Below, piece after piece: positions 41,692-50,154 of a DNA stretch of 64,000 bases. The stretch is taken from NCBI GenBank assembly GCA_965651655.1, contig CBFGTF010000002.1, forward strand, positions 24,865-88,864. The letters are read 5' to 3'. The notes under the pieces were generated by a model. The model did no database searches and was not told the DNA's origin. It saw only the letters and a list, made by a program, of their open reading frames with translations. Position numbers and translations under genes: made by a program. The DNA comes from an uncultured Devosia sp. GTDB lineage: Bacteria > Pseudomonadota > Alphaproteobacteria > Rhizobiales > Devosiaceae. Position 1 is the first letter of the stretch. Each line of letters starts with the position of its first letter.

Positions 41692-42237
41692 CTAGGCGCG
41701 GTCGTCCACATAGACAATGATCGAACCATCAGCCTTGGACTTGATGGCCACCACATCGGACGTGGCATAGCCTTCGGCCTCAAGCTTGGCCTTGATGGTG
41801 GCATTGCTGTCGATATTGGCGTGCAGCGCCGCATGACCTTCGGCATCGGCCGAGAGGGCCTCATCAAGGGCCGCAGCTTCGGTCTCGGCTTCACCCTGCA
41901 GGGACGACAGCAGCACGATGCTCACTTGGGCTTCTTCGGTCACTGCCGACAGGTCGGCATCGGCCGACCCGGAAATCGAGGCGATCACCGAGCCATAGGT
42001 GTTATCTGCGTCCGCATCGGCAGAAGCGCCTGCGTCGACGCCAGCATCGGCATCGAGCGTGGAATCCACATTGGCATCAGCATCAGCATCGACGCCGACT
42101 TCCGCATCAACGGCCGGGCTATCGACGGAAACGCCTGCACCGGCATCAACGCCAACACCGGCATCCTGCGCGATAGCAGGGACGGCGCTAGAGGCGAGAA
42201 GGGCGGCGATGGTGGTGGCAATAATGGTCTTGTTCAT
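41692..42237 (-). CDS. Secreted acidic Ala/Asp-rich hypothetical protein
   Basis: Signal peptide MNKTIIATTIAALLASSAVPAIA; SD GGAGA. Confidence 0.8.
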   Translation of the reverse strand: MNKTIIATTIAALLASSAVPAIAQDAGVGVDAGAGVSVDSPAVDAEVGVDADADANVDSTLDADAGVDAGASADADADNTYGSVIASISGSADADLSAVTEEAQVSIVLLSSLQGEAETEAAALDEALSADAEGHAALHANIDSNATIKAKLEAEGYATSDVVAIKSKADGSIIVYVDDRA

Positions 42238-42284
42238 TTCAGATCTCCGTTTGTGGGATGTGCCCCCCACTTGGACAGCCCCAC

Positions 42285-42309
42285 AACGGCGCCTGCTCAT
42301 GTTGGTTGC
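42285..42309 (-). promoter_or_regulatory. EcfG-like promoter
   Basis: Minus strand GCAAC-N16-CGTT. Confidence 0.6.
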
Positions 42310-42407
42310 GGGTGGTTCGATCACAATCGGACATCAATTTTGCCCCTGCGGTTGCAACCCTCTGGGGTCGTACCAATTTCTATGGGCAGCATATCAAGGA
42401 GCGTCGC

Positions 42408-42659
42408 ATGGGTATTGTCTGGGCCATCATCATCGGATTTCTCGCCGGTCTCATCGCCAAGTGGATCACGCCGGGGGACAACAAGCCCTCCGGGTTCATC
42501 CTGACCACTGTGCTGGGGATCGTCGGCTCGGTCCTGGCGACCTGGCTTGGCCAGCAGATCGGCTGGTATGACCAGGGCGATGGCGCCGGTTTCATTGCAT
42601 CGATACTGGGCGCGGTGATCATTCTTCTGGCCTGGGGTCAGATCGCGCGCCGGACATAG
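42408..42659 (+). CDS. GlsB/YeaQ/YmgE family stress membrane protein
   Basis: MGIVWAIIIGFLAGLIAKWITPG...GFIASILGAVIIL; SD AAGGAG. Confidence 0.92.
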   Translation: MGIVWAIIIGFLAGLIAKWITPGDNKPSGFILTTVLGIVGSVLATWLGQQIGWYDQGDGAGFIASILGAVIILLAWGQIARRT

Positions 42660-42673
42660 TCGCGACGAGTAAC

Positions 42674-42700
42674 AAAAAGGGCGCCCGGTGGGCGCCCTTT
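42674..42700. terminator. Bidirectional terminator
   Basis: AAAAAGGGCGCCC-GGT-GGGCGCCCTTT. Confidence 0.8.
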
Positions 42701-42723
42701 CCAGTTTCGTGGTCGGCTAAATC

Positions 42724-44331
42724 CTATTCGATGACGGTGATGCGGCCATCGGTGTAGGGGGTGTATTCGCCGCCCTGCTTGGCAATGTAGTCGGCCAGGA
42801 CCTGCTCAAGCGGCGGGCCGAAATCGTAGGGGTTGTCGCCTTCGGCAAAGGTGCCATAGCCGTCGCCGCCACCACGCATGTAGTTATTGGTGACCACGAT
42901 ATAGGTGGCTTCCTCGTCAATCGGCATCCACTCGCCACCGTCACCCGGGACCAGAACATCGGAGATGCGTTCGCCGGCCGGGTTTGCCAGGGTGTAGCTG
43001 TATTTGAGGCCGGCAACCTGCGGGAAGCGGCCCGCGCCGTTCTCGATGTCTGAGACGCCGTTTTCAAGAGCCTCGATAACGTCAGCCCCCGACAGCTCGA
43101 CCGTGGCCAGCGTGTTGGAGAAGGGCAGGACAGTCAGGGCCTCGCCCATGGTGATTTCGCCGGCATCGATGGACGCGCGCAGACCGCCGCCGTTCTGGAT
43201 CGCGACAACATTGCCCTGGCCGGCAACGCGGTCGAGCATGGCATCGGCCACGAGATTGCCCATGGAGCATTCCACGACACGACAGACCTCGCGTGAGCCT
43301 TCGATGGCCGCCGTTGCGGTGCCGATGACTTCTTCCATGAGCGCGTTGATCGGCTCCTGCAGCTCGGCAAGGCGAGCGGCGTAGCCTTCATCGGGGGTGA
43401 CTGACGCATCCATGATGATCGGCGCGCCTTCGGCGGAGACGACATTGCCCTCGTCATCCCAGGTGACGACCAAGTCGCCGAGATATTTGGCATAGGCTCC
43501 GGCCGTGACCACCGGCACTTCCATGCCGCCGACACCATTGACCAGAGTGGGGTAGGGACCAGCTGCATTCTCGTCGGTGTTCGAGAGCAGCGTGTGCGAG
43601 TGACCGCCCACGACCAGGTCAACGCCCGGAACATTGGCCGCAATCTGCAAATCCTGCGCGTAGCCAACATGGGTGAGGGCGATGATCTTGTTGATGCCGG
43701 CCGATGCGAGGGCCTCGGCCTGCGTGGACAGGCTGGTGATCGTGTCTTCAAACTCGACATTGTCACCCGGCGAGGAGGTTTCGTCGGTGTCTTCGGCCAG
43801 GGCGGAAATGAAGCCGACCTTCTCGCCCCCGATTTCGAGGACGTGCGTGCCGGGGATGCGACCGGCCAGAAGCGGCTCGTTCTCGACATTGGTATTGCCC
43901 GAAATGATCGGGAAATTGACGGCGTCGAGCAGCTTGGCCAGCTCTTCGGGGCCATCATCGAATTCGTGATTGCCCACGGCCATCAGTTCGATGCCCAGGT
44001 CATTGGCAAATTCGGCGATGATCTCGCTGCGATACTGGGTGTAGAACAGCGAACCCTGGAACTGGTCGCCGGCATCGACCAGCACCACGTTCTGGCCCTC
44101 GAGTTCGGCGCGCTTGGCGTCGATTGCGGTCTTGAGGCGGGCAATGCCGCCGAAGCACTCGCCTGCTGCGTCGGTTTCGGGATCGCAATTGGAGTCCGTG
44201 CCGGTAATGGGCCCGAAGCGGGAATGGAAGTCATTGATGTGCAGAATGTTCAGCGTGAACTCGGCATAGGCGGCCGTGGAGAAGCCGGCGCAGAGGGTAA
44301 GCGCGGTCGCGCCCAGAAGCAGTTTCTTCAT
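42724..44331 (-). CDS. Periplasmic 5'-nucleotidase / UDP-sugar hydrolase (UshA family)
   Basis: LHINDFHS, DAGDQFQG, GNHEFD, GGHSH, NGGGLR, GGGDGY. Confidence 0.93.
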   Translation of the reverse strand: MKKLLLGATALTLCAGFSTAAYAEFTLNILHINDFHSRFGPITGTDSNCDPETDAAGECFGGIARLKTAIDAKRAELEGQNVVLVDAGDQFQGSLFYTQYRSEIIAEFANDLGIELMAVGNHEFDDGPEELAKLLDAVNFPIISGNTNVENEPLLAGRIPGTHVLEIGGEKVGFISALAEDTDETSSPGDNVEFEDTITSLSTQAEALASAGINKIIALTHVGYAQDLQIAANVPGVDLVVGGHSHTLLSNTDENAAGPYPTLVNGVGGMEVPVVTAGAYAKYLGDLVVTWDDEGNVVSAEGAPIIMDASVTPDEGYAARLAELQEPINALMEEVIGTATAAIEGSREVCRVVECSMGNLVADAMLDRVAGQGNVVAIQNGGGLRASIDAGEITMGEALTVLPFSNTLATVELSGADVIEALENGVSDIENGAGRFPQVAGLKYSYTLANPAGERISDVLVPGDGGEWMPIDEEATYIVVTNNYMRGGGDGYGTFAEGDNPYDFGPPLEQVLADYIAKQGGEYTPYTDGRITVIE

Positions 44332-44559
44332 CCCTGATATCCCTTTTTGCTTTTTTGCAGACGACGTCACATCCACCAGCGCGGCCCTGACGCCTTCAGG
44401 CCGGCCAGCAGCGTCGTCAGGCAGTTAAGCAGGTAATTGTAACAGTGGAAAGTGGACCTTTTGGTCAAAATTCTTGTCCCAATGTCACGACTGCACCTGT
44501 GCCAGGCGTAAACGCGCCTTCAAGGGTTAGTGCGTATTGGTGATGTCTGTCGTTGTGTA

Positions 44560-45039
44560 ATGCTGGATCGCCTGCCGATGAATGCCGCCCTTGAAAGCCT
44601 GATGCGCGAGCCGCCCACGCGCCGTACTGTCGAGCGGTCGGGCGGAGGCATTGTGTCCTTCCTGCTGATCGGGGCCGGGGCAGCGGCGAGCTTCGTGGTG
44701 CTGAGCAGCCTGTTGATTGCGCTCCTGCCGACCCTGGAGGCCTGGGCGGTCAGCACCGCCTGCTATGCGGCCTTCATTGTCCCGGTCTATTTCCTGCATC
44801 GACGCTTCACCTTCGCCTCGGCCGCGGCACATCGCCAGGCATTGCCCCGCTATGTGATGGTGCAGGCCATGGCGCTGGTGCTGGCGAGCCTCTTCGGCCT
44901 GGTCTTTCATGGCACGCTGCATCTGCCCAGCCTGCCGGCGGCGATCCTGGTCATCATGCTCACCTCGGGCGTCAACTATATGGTGCTCAAGGGTTGGGCC
45001 TTTGCCTTTGAACGGCGCCTGGCCACAATAGCCGCATGA
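44560..45039 (+). CDS. GtrA family membrane protein
   Basis: Four TM segments, YFLHRRFTF, NYMVLKGWAF; start uncertain. Confidence 0.78.
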   Translation: MLDRLPMNAALESLMREPPTRRTVERSGGGIVSFLLIGAGAAASFVVLSSLLIALLPTLEAWAVSTACYAAFIVPVYFLHRRFTFASAAAHRQALPRYVMVQAMALVLASLFGLVFHGTLHLPSLPAAILVIMLTSGVNYMVLKGWAFAFERRLATIAA

Positions 45040-45671
45040 GCCGGACGTCCCGGGGCAAGCAGATCCTCAATGCGGTGCATGGCGCGCTGATCTTCGGGCG
45101 GCGCGTCGAGGCGCTTGCAGACGCGCTGGCGAAAGCCATTCCGGCCGGCGCCGGTCGGGTACTCGACCTGGGCTGCGGCGACGGACAGGTGGCCGTGGCG
45201 CTGATGCAGCGCCGCCCCGAACTGGCCGTCGAGGGGGTCGATGTGCTGGTGCGGCCGGTCACCCATATTCCGGTAACCGCCTATGACGGGACGACACTGC
45301 CATTCGCGGACCAGAGCTTTGATCACGTCACCATAGTCGATGTGCTGCACCATACCGATGATCCGGCTGCCGTGCTGGCCGAAGCGGCGCGGGTGGCGCG
45401 GCAATCGGTGGTGATCAAGGACCATCTGCGCGAAGGCTGGCTCGCCGGGCCGACCCTGAGGCTGATGGACTGGGTGGGCAATCGCGGCCACGATGTGCGC
45501 CTGCCCTATAATTATCTCGATGGTGGCGAGTGGTCGGCGGCGTTCGCCCGGGCCGGGCTGGAAGAGGCCCAGCGTGCAGAACAACTGGGGCTTTATCCGG
45601 TGCCGCTGAGTTGGGCTTTCGAGCGGCGCCTGCATTTTGTGAACCGCCTCGTGCCCATCAATCGCACCTGA
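45036..45671 (+). CDS. Class I SAM-dependent methyltransferase
   Basis: VLDLGCGDG, LPFADQSFD, DVLHH. Confidence 0.88.
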   Translation: MSRTSRGKQILNAVHGALIFGRRVEALADALAKAIPAGAGRVLDLGCGDGQVAVALMQRRPELAVEGVDVLVRPVTHIPVTAYDGTTLPFADQSFDHVTIVDVLHHTDDPAAVLAEAARVARQSVVIKDHLREGWLAGPTLRLMDWVGNRGHDVRLPYNYLDGGEWSAAFARAGLEEAQRAEQLGLYPVPLSWAFERRLHFVNRLVPINRT

Positions 45672-45734
45672 CGGGCTTTCAATACCGGCTCACTAGGGTA
45701 TTCTCCGCGCCGTTTGATTTGCGGGGAAATGCTC

Positions 45735-46385
45735 ATGCGCAGTGCTTTGATCGTCTATGGCGGCTGGGAAGGCCACGATCCGGAAGAATGTGCCACCATC
45801 TATCGGCGGTGGCTGCATGAGGACGGATACTCGGTGCGCACCGCCACCGAGACCAGCGCCTTTGCCGATCCCTCGATTGCCGATTTGTCGCTGATCATTC
45901 CGATCTTCACGATGAGCAAGATCAGCAAGGAAGAAGTGGCGAACCTCACCAAGGCGGTGGAGAACGGGGTGGGCCTGGCCGGGCATCACGGCGGCATGAG
46001 CGATGCCTTCCGCGATTCGGTGGACTACCAGTTCATGGTCGGCGGCCAGTGGGTGGCCCATCCGGGCAATATCATCGACTACACGGTGGAAGTGTCCAAG
46101 CCCGACGATCCGATCATGGCCGGGATCAAGCCGAGCTTCCCCTATACGTCCGAGCAGTATTACATGCATGTCGACCCCTCCAACGAGGTGCTGGCGACCA
46201 CGACTTTCAGTGGCGAGCATGCCTATTGGATCGAGGGCGTGACGATGCCGGTCGTGTGGAAGCGCCATCACGGCAAGGGTCGCGTGTTCCACATGACGCT
46301 GGGGCATCAGGCCAAGGAGTTCGAGAACTCCAACATGGCCACCATCATGCGCCGCGGCATGAACTGGGCTGCCAGGGACGAGTAG
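45735..46385 (+). CDS. ThuA-like domain protein
   Basis: GGWEGHDP, GGQWVAHPG, SEQYYMH, GRVFHMTLGH. Confidence 0.85.
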   Translation: MRSALIVYGGWEGHDPEECATIYRRWLHEDGYSVRTATETSAFADPSIADLSLIIPIFTMSKISKEEVANLTKAVENGVGLAGHHGGMSDAFRDSVDYQFMVGGQWVAHPGNIIDYTVEVSKPDDPIMAGIKPSFPYTSEQYYMHVDPSNEVLATTTFSGEHAYWIEGVTMPVVWKRHHGKGRVFHMTLGHQAKEFENSNMATIMRRGMNWAARDE

Positions 46386-46388
46386 ACG

Positions 46389-47024
46389 CTACCAGCGTAG
46401 CAGCAACCGCCCGAGGATCGCGCCCAATAGCGCGGTCAGGGCAATGCCCAGCGAATACCAGACCGCCATGAACATCATGCCGGTCTCGCCGCAGTAGAAG
46501 GCATAGGCCCAGGCGCCGAAGCCGCCGGCCACGAGGCCTGCGGCAAAGCCTGCGAGGGTGGGTGAGCGCGGGGCCAGGCCGCGCATGGCGGCGAGCAGCG
46601 CGACCAAAACCGGTATTCCGGTCAAGGTAATCAGCCATGGGCAGACCATGGCCGTGGACCCCATAAGCACCGGCATGGCCCAGTCCTGCTGCATCCATGT
46701 CATGGTGCCAAAGCCCAGGGCCAGCAGCACCAGCAGGCCTGCGCCAACGAGCGGCCAGGCAATGCGGCCATCGGGCCGGGTCAGCACCGGCGCGGCGGCA
46801 AGTCCAAGCAGCCCGAAGGCAAGCGTGTAGCCGAACTTGACCCAGAACATGGGGCCACCAAAAGCCGCCCCAAACGGCCGTCCCATGGCGTCGAGAAAAA
46901 ATGCGCCAGCAACACAGGTCACGCCAAGACCGATGGCCAGCGCCAGCCACAGCCGGCGCTCAAGCGCATGGCGTGGAACGGGCCTCAGGTCATCGGACAG
47001 GCGGGAGATCAGCTCGTCGGTCAT
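46389..47024 (-). CDS. nrsF: NrsF family anti-sigma factor
   Basis: TDELISRLSDDLRPV; TM helices with two Cys (MVCPW, AFYCGE) and WY. Confidence 0.9.
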   Translation of the reverse strand: MTDELISRLSDDLRPVPRHALERRLWLALAIGLGVTCVAGAFFLDAMGRPFGAAFGGPMFWVKFGYTLAFGLLGLAAAPVLTRPDGRIAWPLVGAGLLVLLALGFGTMTWMQQDWAMPVLMGSTAMVCPWLITLTGIPVLVALLAAMRGLAPRSPTLAGFAAGLVAGGFGAWAYAFYCGETGMMFMAVWYSLGIALTALLGAILGRLLLRW

Positions 47025-47572
47025 TTGGGGTCCCCCGCGAACTTGCCCATCAGCGATTTGAGGCCGCGATGGATGGAGACCTTTGCCGCCGTTTCGGTGA
47101 TCCCATGGCGTGCGGCGGCCTCGGCCACGCTGGCGCCCTCGATACGGGTCTGGCGGATGAGGTCTGCCGTGCGGTCGGGAACTTCTTTGAGCACCACGGC
47201 GACGTCGTGCCGGTCGGCGGCATTGGCGCTGTCATCGCTGGCAAAGATGGGCGCATCATCGTCAAGATGTACTGTGGGTCGGATGGCGTGACGCCGGACA
47301 TGATCGACGAATTTGTGGTGCGCCACGGCATGCAGCCAGGACGTAAACGGGCGCGAACGGTCATAGGTCATGCGTCTGGTGTGCAAGGCGAGCAAGGTTT
47401 CCTGCACGAGATCCTCCGCGTGCGATGAGTGGGCCGGGCTGAGGCGCCGGGCGAACCAGGGGCGCAGATAGCGCGTCAGGTCGGCCAAAAGCGTTCGATA
47501 GGCGGCTGCATCGCCATCGAGCGCAGCGAGCATCAACTCGCGCAGTCGCTTCTCTGTCGCATCCGCCTGCAT
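47021..47572 (-). CDS. ECF sigma factor (SigF/ECF16 type)
   Basis: AEDLVQETLLALHTRRMTYD; AKVSIHRGLKSL; coupled to nrsF. Confidence 0.9.
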   Translation of the reverse strand: MQADATEKRLRELMLAALDGDAAAYRTLLADLTRYLRPWFARRLSPAHSSHAEDLVQETLLALHTRRMTYDRSRPFTSWLHAVAHHKFVDHVRRHAIRPTVHLDDDAPIFASDDSANAADRHDVAVVLKEVPDRTADLIRQTRIEGASVAEAAARHGITETAAKVSIHRGLKSLMGKFAGDPK

Positions 47573-47582
47573 TGCTTCTCCA

Positions 47583-47608
47583 TTCTCTCACGCGCGGCGG
47601 AAGGTTAC
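47583..47608 (-). promoter_or_regulatory. SigF-type autoregulatory promoter
   Basis: Minus strand GTAACC-N16-AGAA just before the sigma ATG. Confidence 0.65.
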
Positions 47609-47655
47609 ACCGCCGCGAACAAAAAGCGAGTGTCGAACACGGCTGCGTGAGCAGC

Positions 47656-47681
47656 GTAACGGCATTGACCGGGGCGGCGAA
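47656..47681 (+). promoter_or_regulatory. SigF-type promoter for the Met-rich protein operon
   Basis: GTAACG-N16-CGAA. Confidence 0.7.
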
Positions 47682-47733
47682 TGGCTTGGCACGAACCGGG
47701 GCAGGGGCCGCGGTCGATCAAGGGAGCCTAGAC

Positions 47734-48021
47734 ATGTTTTCCAAGACCTTCACTCTTCCGGCCGCACTGGCGCTTGTCCTCATGGCGGTGGCCGGCGCCA
47801 ACGCTCAGGATGCCATGAGCAGTGACGCGATGGCAGGCGATGCCATGGCGCCGATGATGAGCGATGATGAGCTGGCGCAATGCGTGGACGAGGCCAAGGC
47901 CATCAGCTTTCCGGCCGTGGCTATGGTGGCAGAAGAGGCCTGCCATACCGTCCACAATGGCCAGGATGCAATGGGTGGCGATGCCATGATGGGTGGTGAT
48001 GCCATGGCGCCCGCACAATAA
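47734..48021 (+). CDS. Secreted methionine-rich small protein (DAM repeats, MXKDX-like)
   Basis: Signal peptide then QDAMSSDAMAGDAMAPMMS...DAMGGDAMMGGDAMAP with two Cys. Confidence 0.85.
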   Translation: MFSKTFTLPAALALVLMAVAGANAQDAMSSDAMAGDAMAPMMSDDELAQCVDEAKAISFPAVAMVAEEACHTVHNGQDAMGGDAMMGGDAMAPAQ

Positions 48022-48105
48022 CATCGTCGTGATAGCGACCATCTGCCCAATGCGATACCGTTGCTGAAGGCAGATGGTCCAAATCAACTGCATGCGGGGG
48101 AAATA

Positions 48106-48954
48106 ATGACCGAACAAACCGGCTTGCCGTCCACCAAGGGACCGCTGGTCTACCGCCAATCGATCTGGACGCGTCTCACCCATTGGACCTGGGCGATCTG
48201 CCTGTTCTTCCTGCTGCTGTCGGGCCTGCAGATCTTCAATGCCCATCCCAATCTCTATATCGGACAACAGTCCGGCTTCGAGTTCGACAATGCGGTCCTC
48301 AAGATCGGGGCAGTCAATACGCCCGAGGGCCCGCGTGGGCAGACAACGGTGTTTGGGCAGACCTTCGATACGACCGGCGTGCTGGGCATGAGCGGCTCGG
48401 CCGAGCGGCCACAGTTCGTCGGATTTCCGGGCGCGGTCACCATCCCGTCGTTCCGCGACCTCGCCACCGGGCGGGTGGTGCATTTCTTCTTCGGCTGGAT
48501 CTTTGTCGGGGCGCTGTTTGTGTGGTTCCTCGCCAGTTTCATCAACGGGCATCTGCGACGGGATATTGTCCCAAAGGGCGCAGATATCGCGGGCCTGCCG
48601 CGCGATGCGCTCGATCACGCGCGGTTCCGTCTCCATCACGGGCGCAGTTATACGCCCCTGCAGAAGCTGAGCTATTTCACGATCTTCTTCATCCTGTTCC
48701 CGCTCATCATTCTCACCGGGCTGACCATGAGCCCGGGCATGGATGCGGCCTGGCCCTGGCTGCTCGACATTTTCGGCGGGCGGCAGACGGCGCGCACCAT
48801 TCATTTCGGGGTCATGGTGCTGCTGGTGCTGTTCTTCATCGTCCATATCATCATGGTGCTGCTGGCCGGGCCGCTCAACGAACTGCGCTCCATGATCACC
48901 GGCTGGTATCGCACCAGCCCGGGCACGCCCATGCAGAAGGGAGACAAGCCATGA
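48106..48954 (+). CDS. Cytochrome b/b6-like membrane subunit
   Basis: RLTHW, LSGLQIFNAHP, HFFFGW, YTPLQKLSY, ARTIHF, VHIIM. Confidence 0.88.
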   Translation: MTEQTGLPSTKGPLVYRQSIWTRLTHWTWAICLFFLLLSGLQIFNAHPNLYIGQQSGFEFDNAVLKIGAVNTPEGPRGQTTVFGQTFDTTGVLGMSGSAERPQFVGFPGAVTIPSFRDLATGRVVHFFFGWIFVGALFVWFLASFINGHLRRDIVPKGADIAGLPRDALDHARFRLHHGRSYTPLQKLSYFTIFFILFPLIILTGLTMSPGMDAAWPWLLDIFGGRQTARTIHFGVMVLLVLFFIVHIIMVLLAGPLNELRSMITGWYRTSPGTPMQKGDKP

Positions 48955-49742
48955 GCCGGCTGATCGTCAATCGCCGCAAATTCCTGGCCGGATCGGCGGC
49001 CCTCGGGTCCTCGCTCGCTCTTTCGGGCTGCAACCAGTTCGATTTTCTCGGGCAACGCGGCAATCCGGTGCGGCAGGTGATGGAACAGGCCAATGTGCTG
49101 ACCTATTCGGCGCAACGGGCGCTGATCGGGGACCAGGTACTGGCCCGAGAATATGCAGCCAGCGAAATCCGCCAGGGCATGAAGCCCAATGGCTCCACGG
49201 AGCCGACAACGGCGGAATACACCTTCCTGCGCATGCAGAATTTCGAACCCTACCGGCTTACGATCAAAGGCATGGTGGAGCGCGAGGTAAGCTTTTCGCT
49301 TGATGAATTGCGCAACATGCCGGCGCGTTCGCAGATCACGCGGCACGACTGCGTGGAGGGCTGGAGTTGCATTGCCAAGTGGACGGGTACGGCTCTGGGA
49401 CCGGTGCTGGACCAGGCGGGGGTGAAGCCCGGCGCGCGCTACTGCGTCTATCACTGCTTCGACAATATCCAGCGCGGATTGACTGGCGACATTCTCTATT
49501 ATGAAAGCTCGGACCTGATCGACGCCTATCACCCCCAGACCATCCTCTCCTATGGTCTCAATGATGCGGTGCTACCGGTCAGCAATGGCGCGCCCATCCG
49601 TTTGCGGATCGAGCGGGCGCTGGGCTACAAGCAGCCCAAATATCTCCACACGATCGAACTGGTCGATGATCTCTCGCCCTTCGGACAGGGCAGGGGCGGC
49701 TATTGGCCCGACAACGGCTATGACTGGTATGGCGGGATCTAG
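48951..49742 (+). CDS. Tat-exported molybdopterin oxidoreductase (MsrP/sulfite oxidase family)
   Basis: NRRKFL Tat motif, lipobox-like LSGC, TRHDCVEGWS, GAPIRL, GYKQPKY, GGYW. Confidence 0.9.
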   Translation: MSRLIVNRRKFLAGSAALGSSLALSGCNQFDFLGQRGNPVRQVMEQANVLTYSAQRALIGDQVLAREYAASEIRQGMKPNGSTEPTTAEYTFLRMQNFEPYRLTIKGMVEREVSFSLDELRNMPARSQITRHDCVEGWSCIAKWTGTALGPVLDQAGVKPGARYCVYHCFDNIQRGLTGDILYYESSDLIDAYHPQTILSYGLNDAVLPVSNGAPIRLRIERALGYKQPKYLHTIELVDDLSPFGQGRGGYWPDNGYDWYGGI

Positions 49743-49754
49743 CGCCAAACCGAG

Positions 49755-49866
49755 CCCCTTGAGGGGAGGGGTTGGGGTGAGGGTTCCGGCCCTTCCGCCT
49801 GCTGGGTGTTCGCGAACAAGCCTGAACCCCCACCCTCGGTCCCTCCCTTCAAGGGGGAGGGAGGCG
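49755..49866. repeat. REP doublet copy 5 (inverted relative to copies 1-2)
   Basis: CCCCTTGAGGGGAGGGGTTGGGGTGAGGGTTCC, 36-nt spacer, GAACCCCCACCCTCGGTCCCTCCCTTCAAGGGGGAGGGAGGC. Confidence 0.85.
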
Positions 49867-49912
49867 ATGGCACCGGGAAACCCGCCCGCACATCCCCCAT
49901 GCGCCCACCGCG

Positions 49913-49941
49913 CTTGCTATTTTTCGTCATCTCCCCCATAT
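49913..49941 (+). promoter_or_regulatory. Putative RpoH/RpoD-type promoter for rhlE
   Basis: CTTG-N17-CCCCATAT. Confidence 0.5.
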
Positions 49942-50154
49942 GGAGGCCACGTCGCGGCAGAATGACCGTCGATGGACTTCCCTTCTTACTCATGCGGTGA
50001 GCGGCGAAGTCGACCCGGAGACCTGAAAGCGGTCCGGGTTTGAGCCAGCACCCGCGCGATACATCCCGTTTCGCCCGATTGCACATATCAAGACGCGCCA
50101 GCCGCCTTGCGGCGTGGCGCATGCGCGGTTTCGCGCAACAGGAAAGACAAACGT

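Noticed and set aside
48183-48950. 519-aa version of the Mo-oxidoreductase
   Set aside because: Upstream part overlaps the cytochrome b gene in another frame; the Tat signal marks the start at 48951
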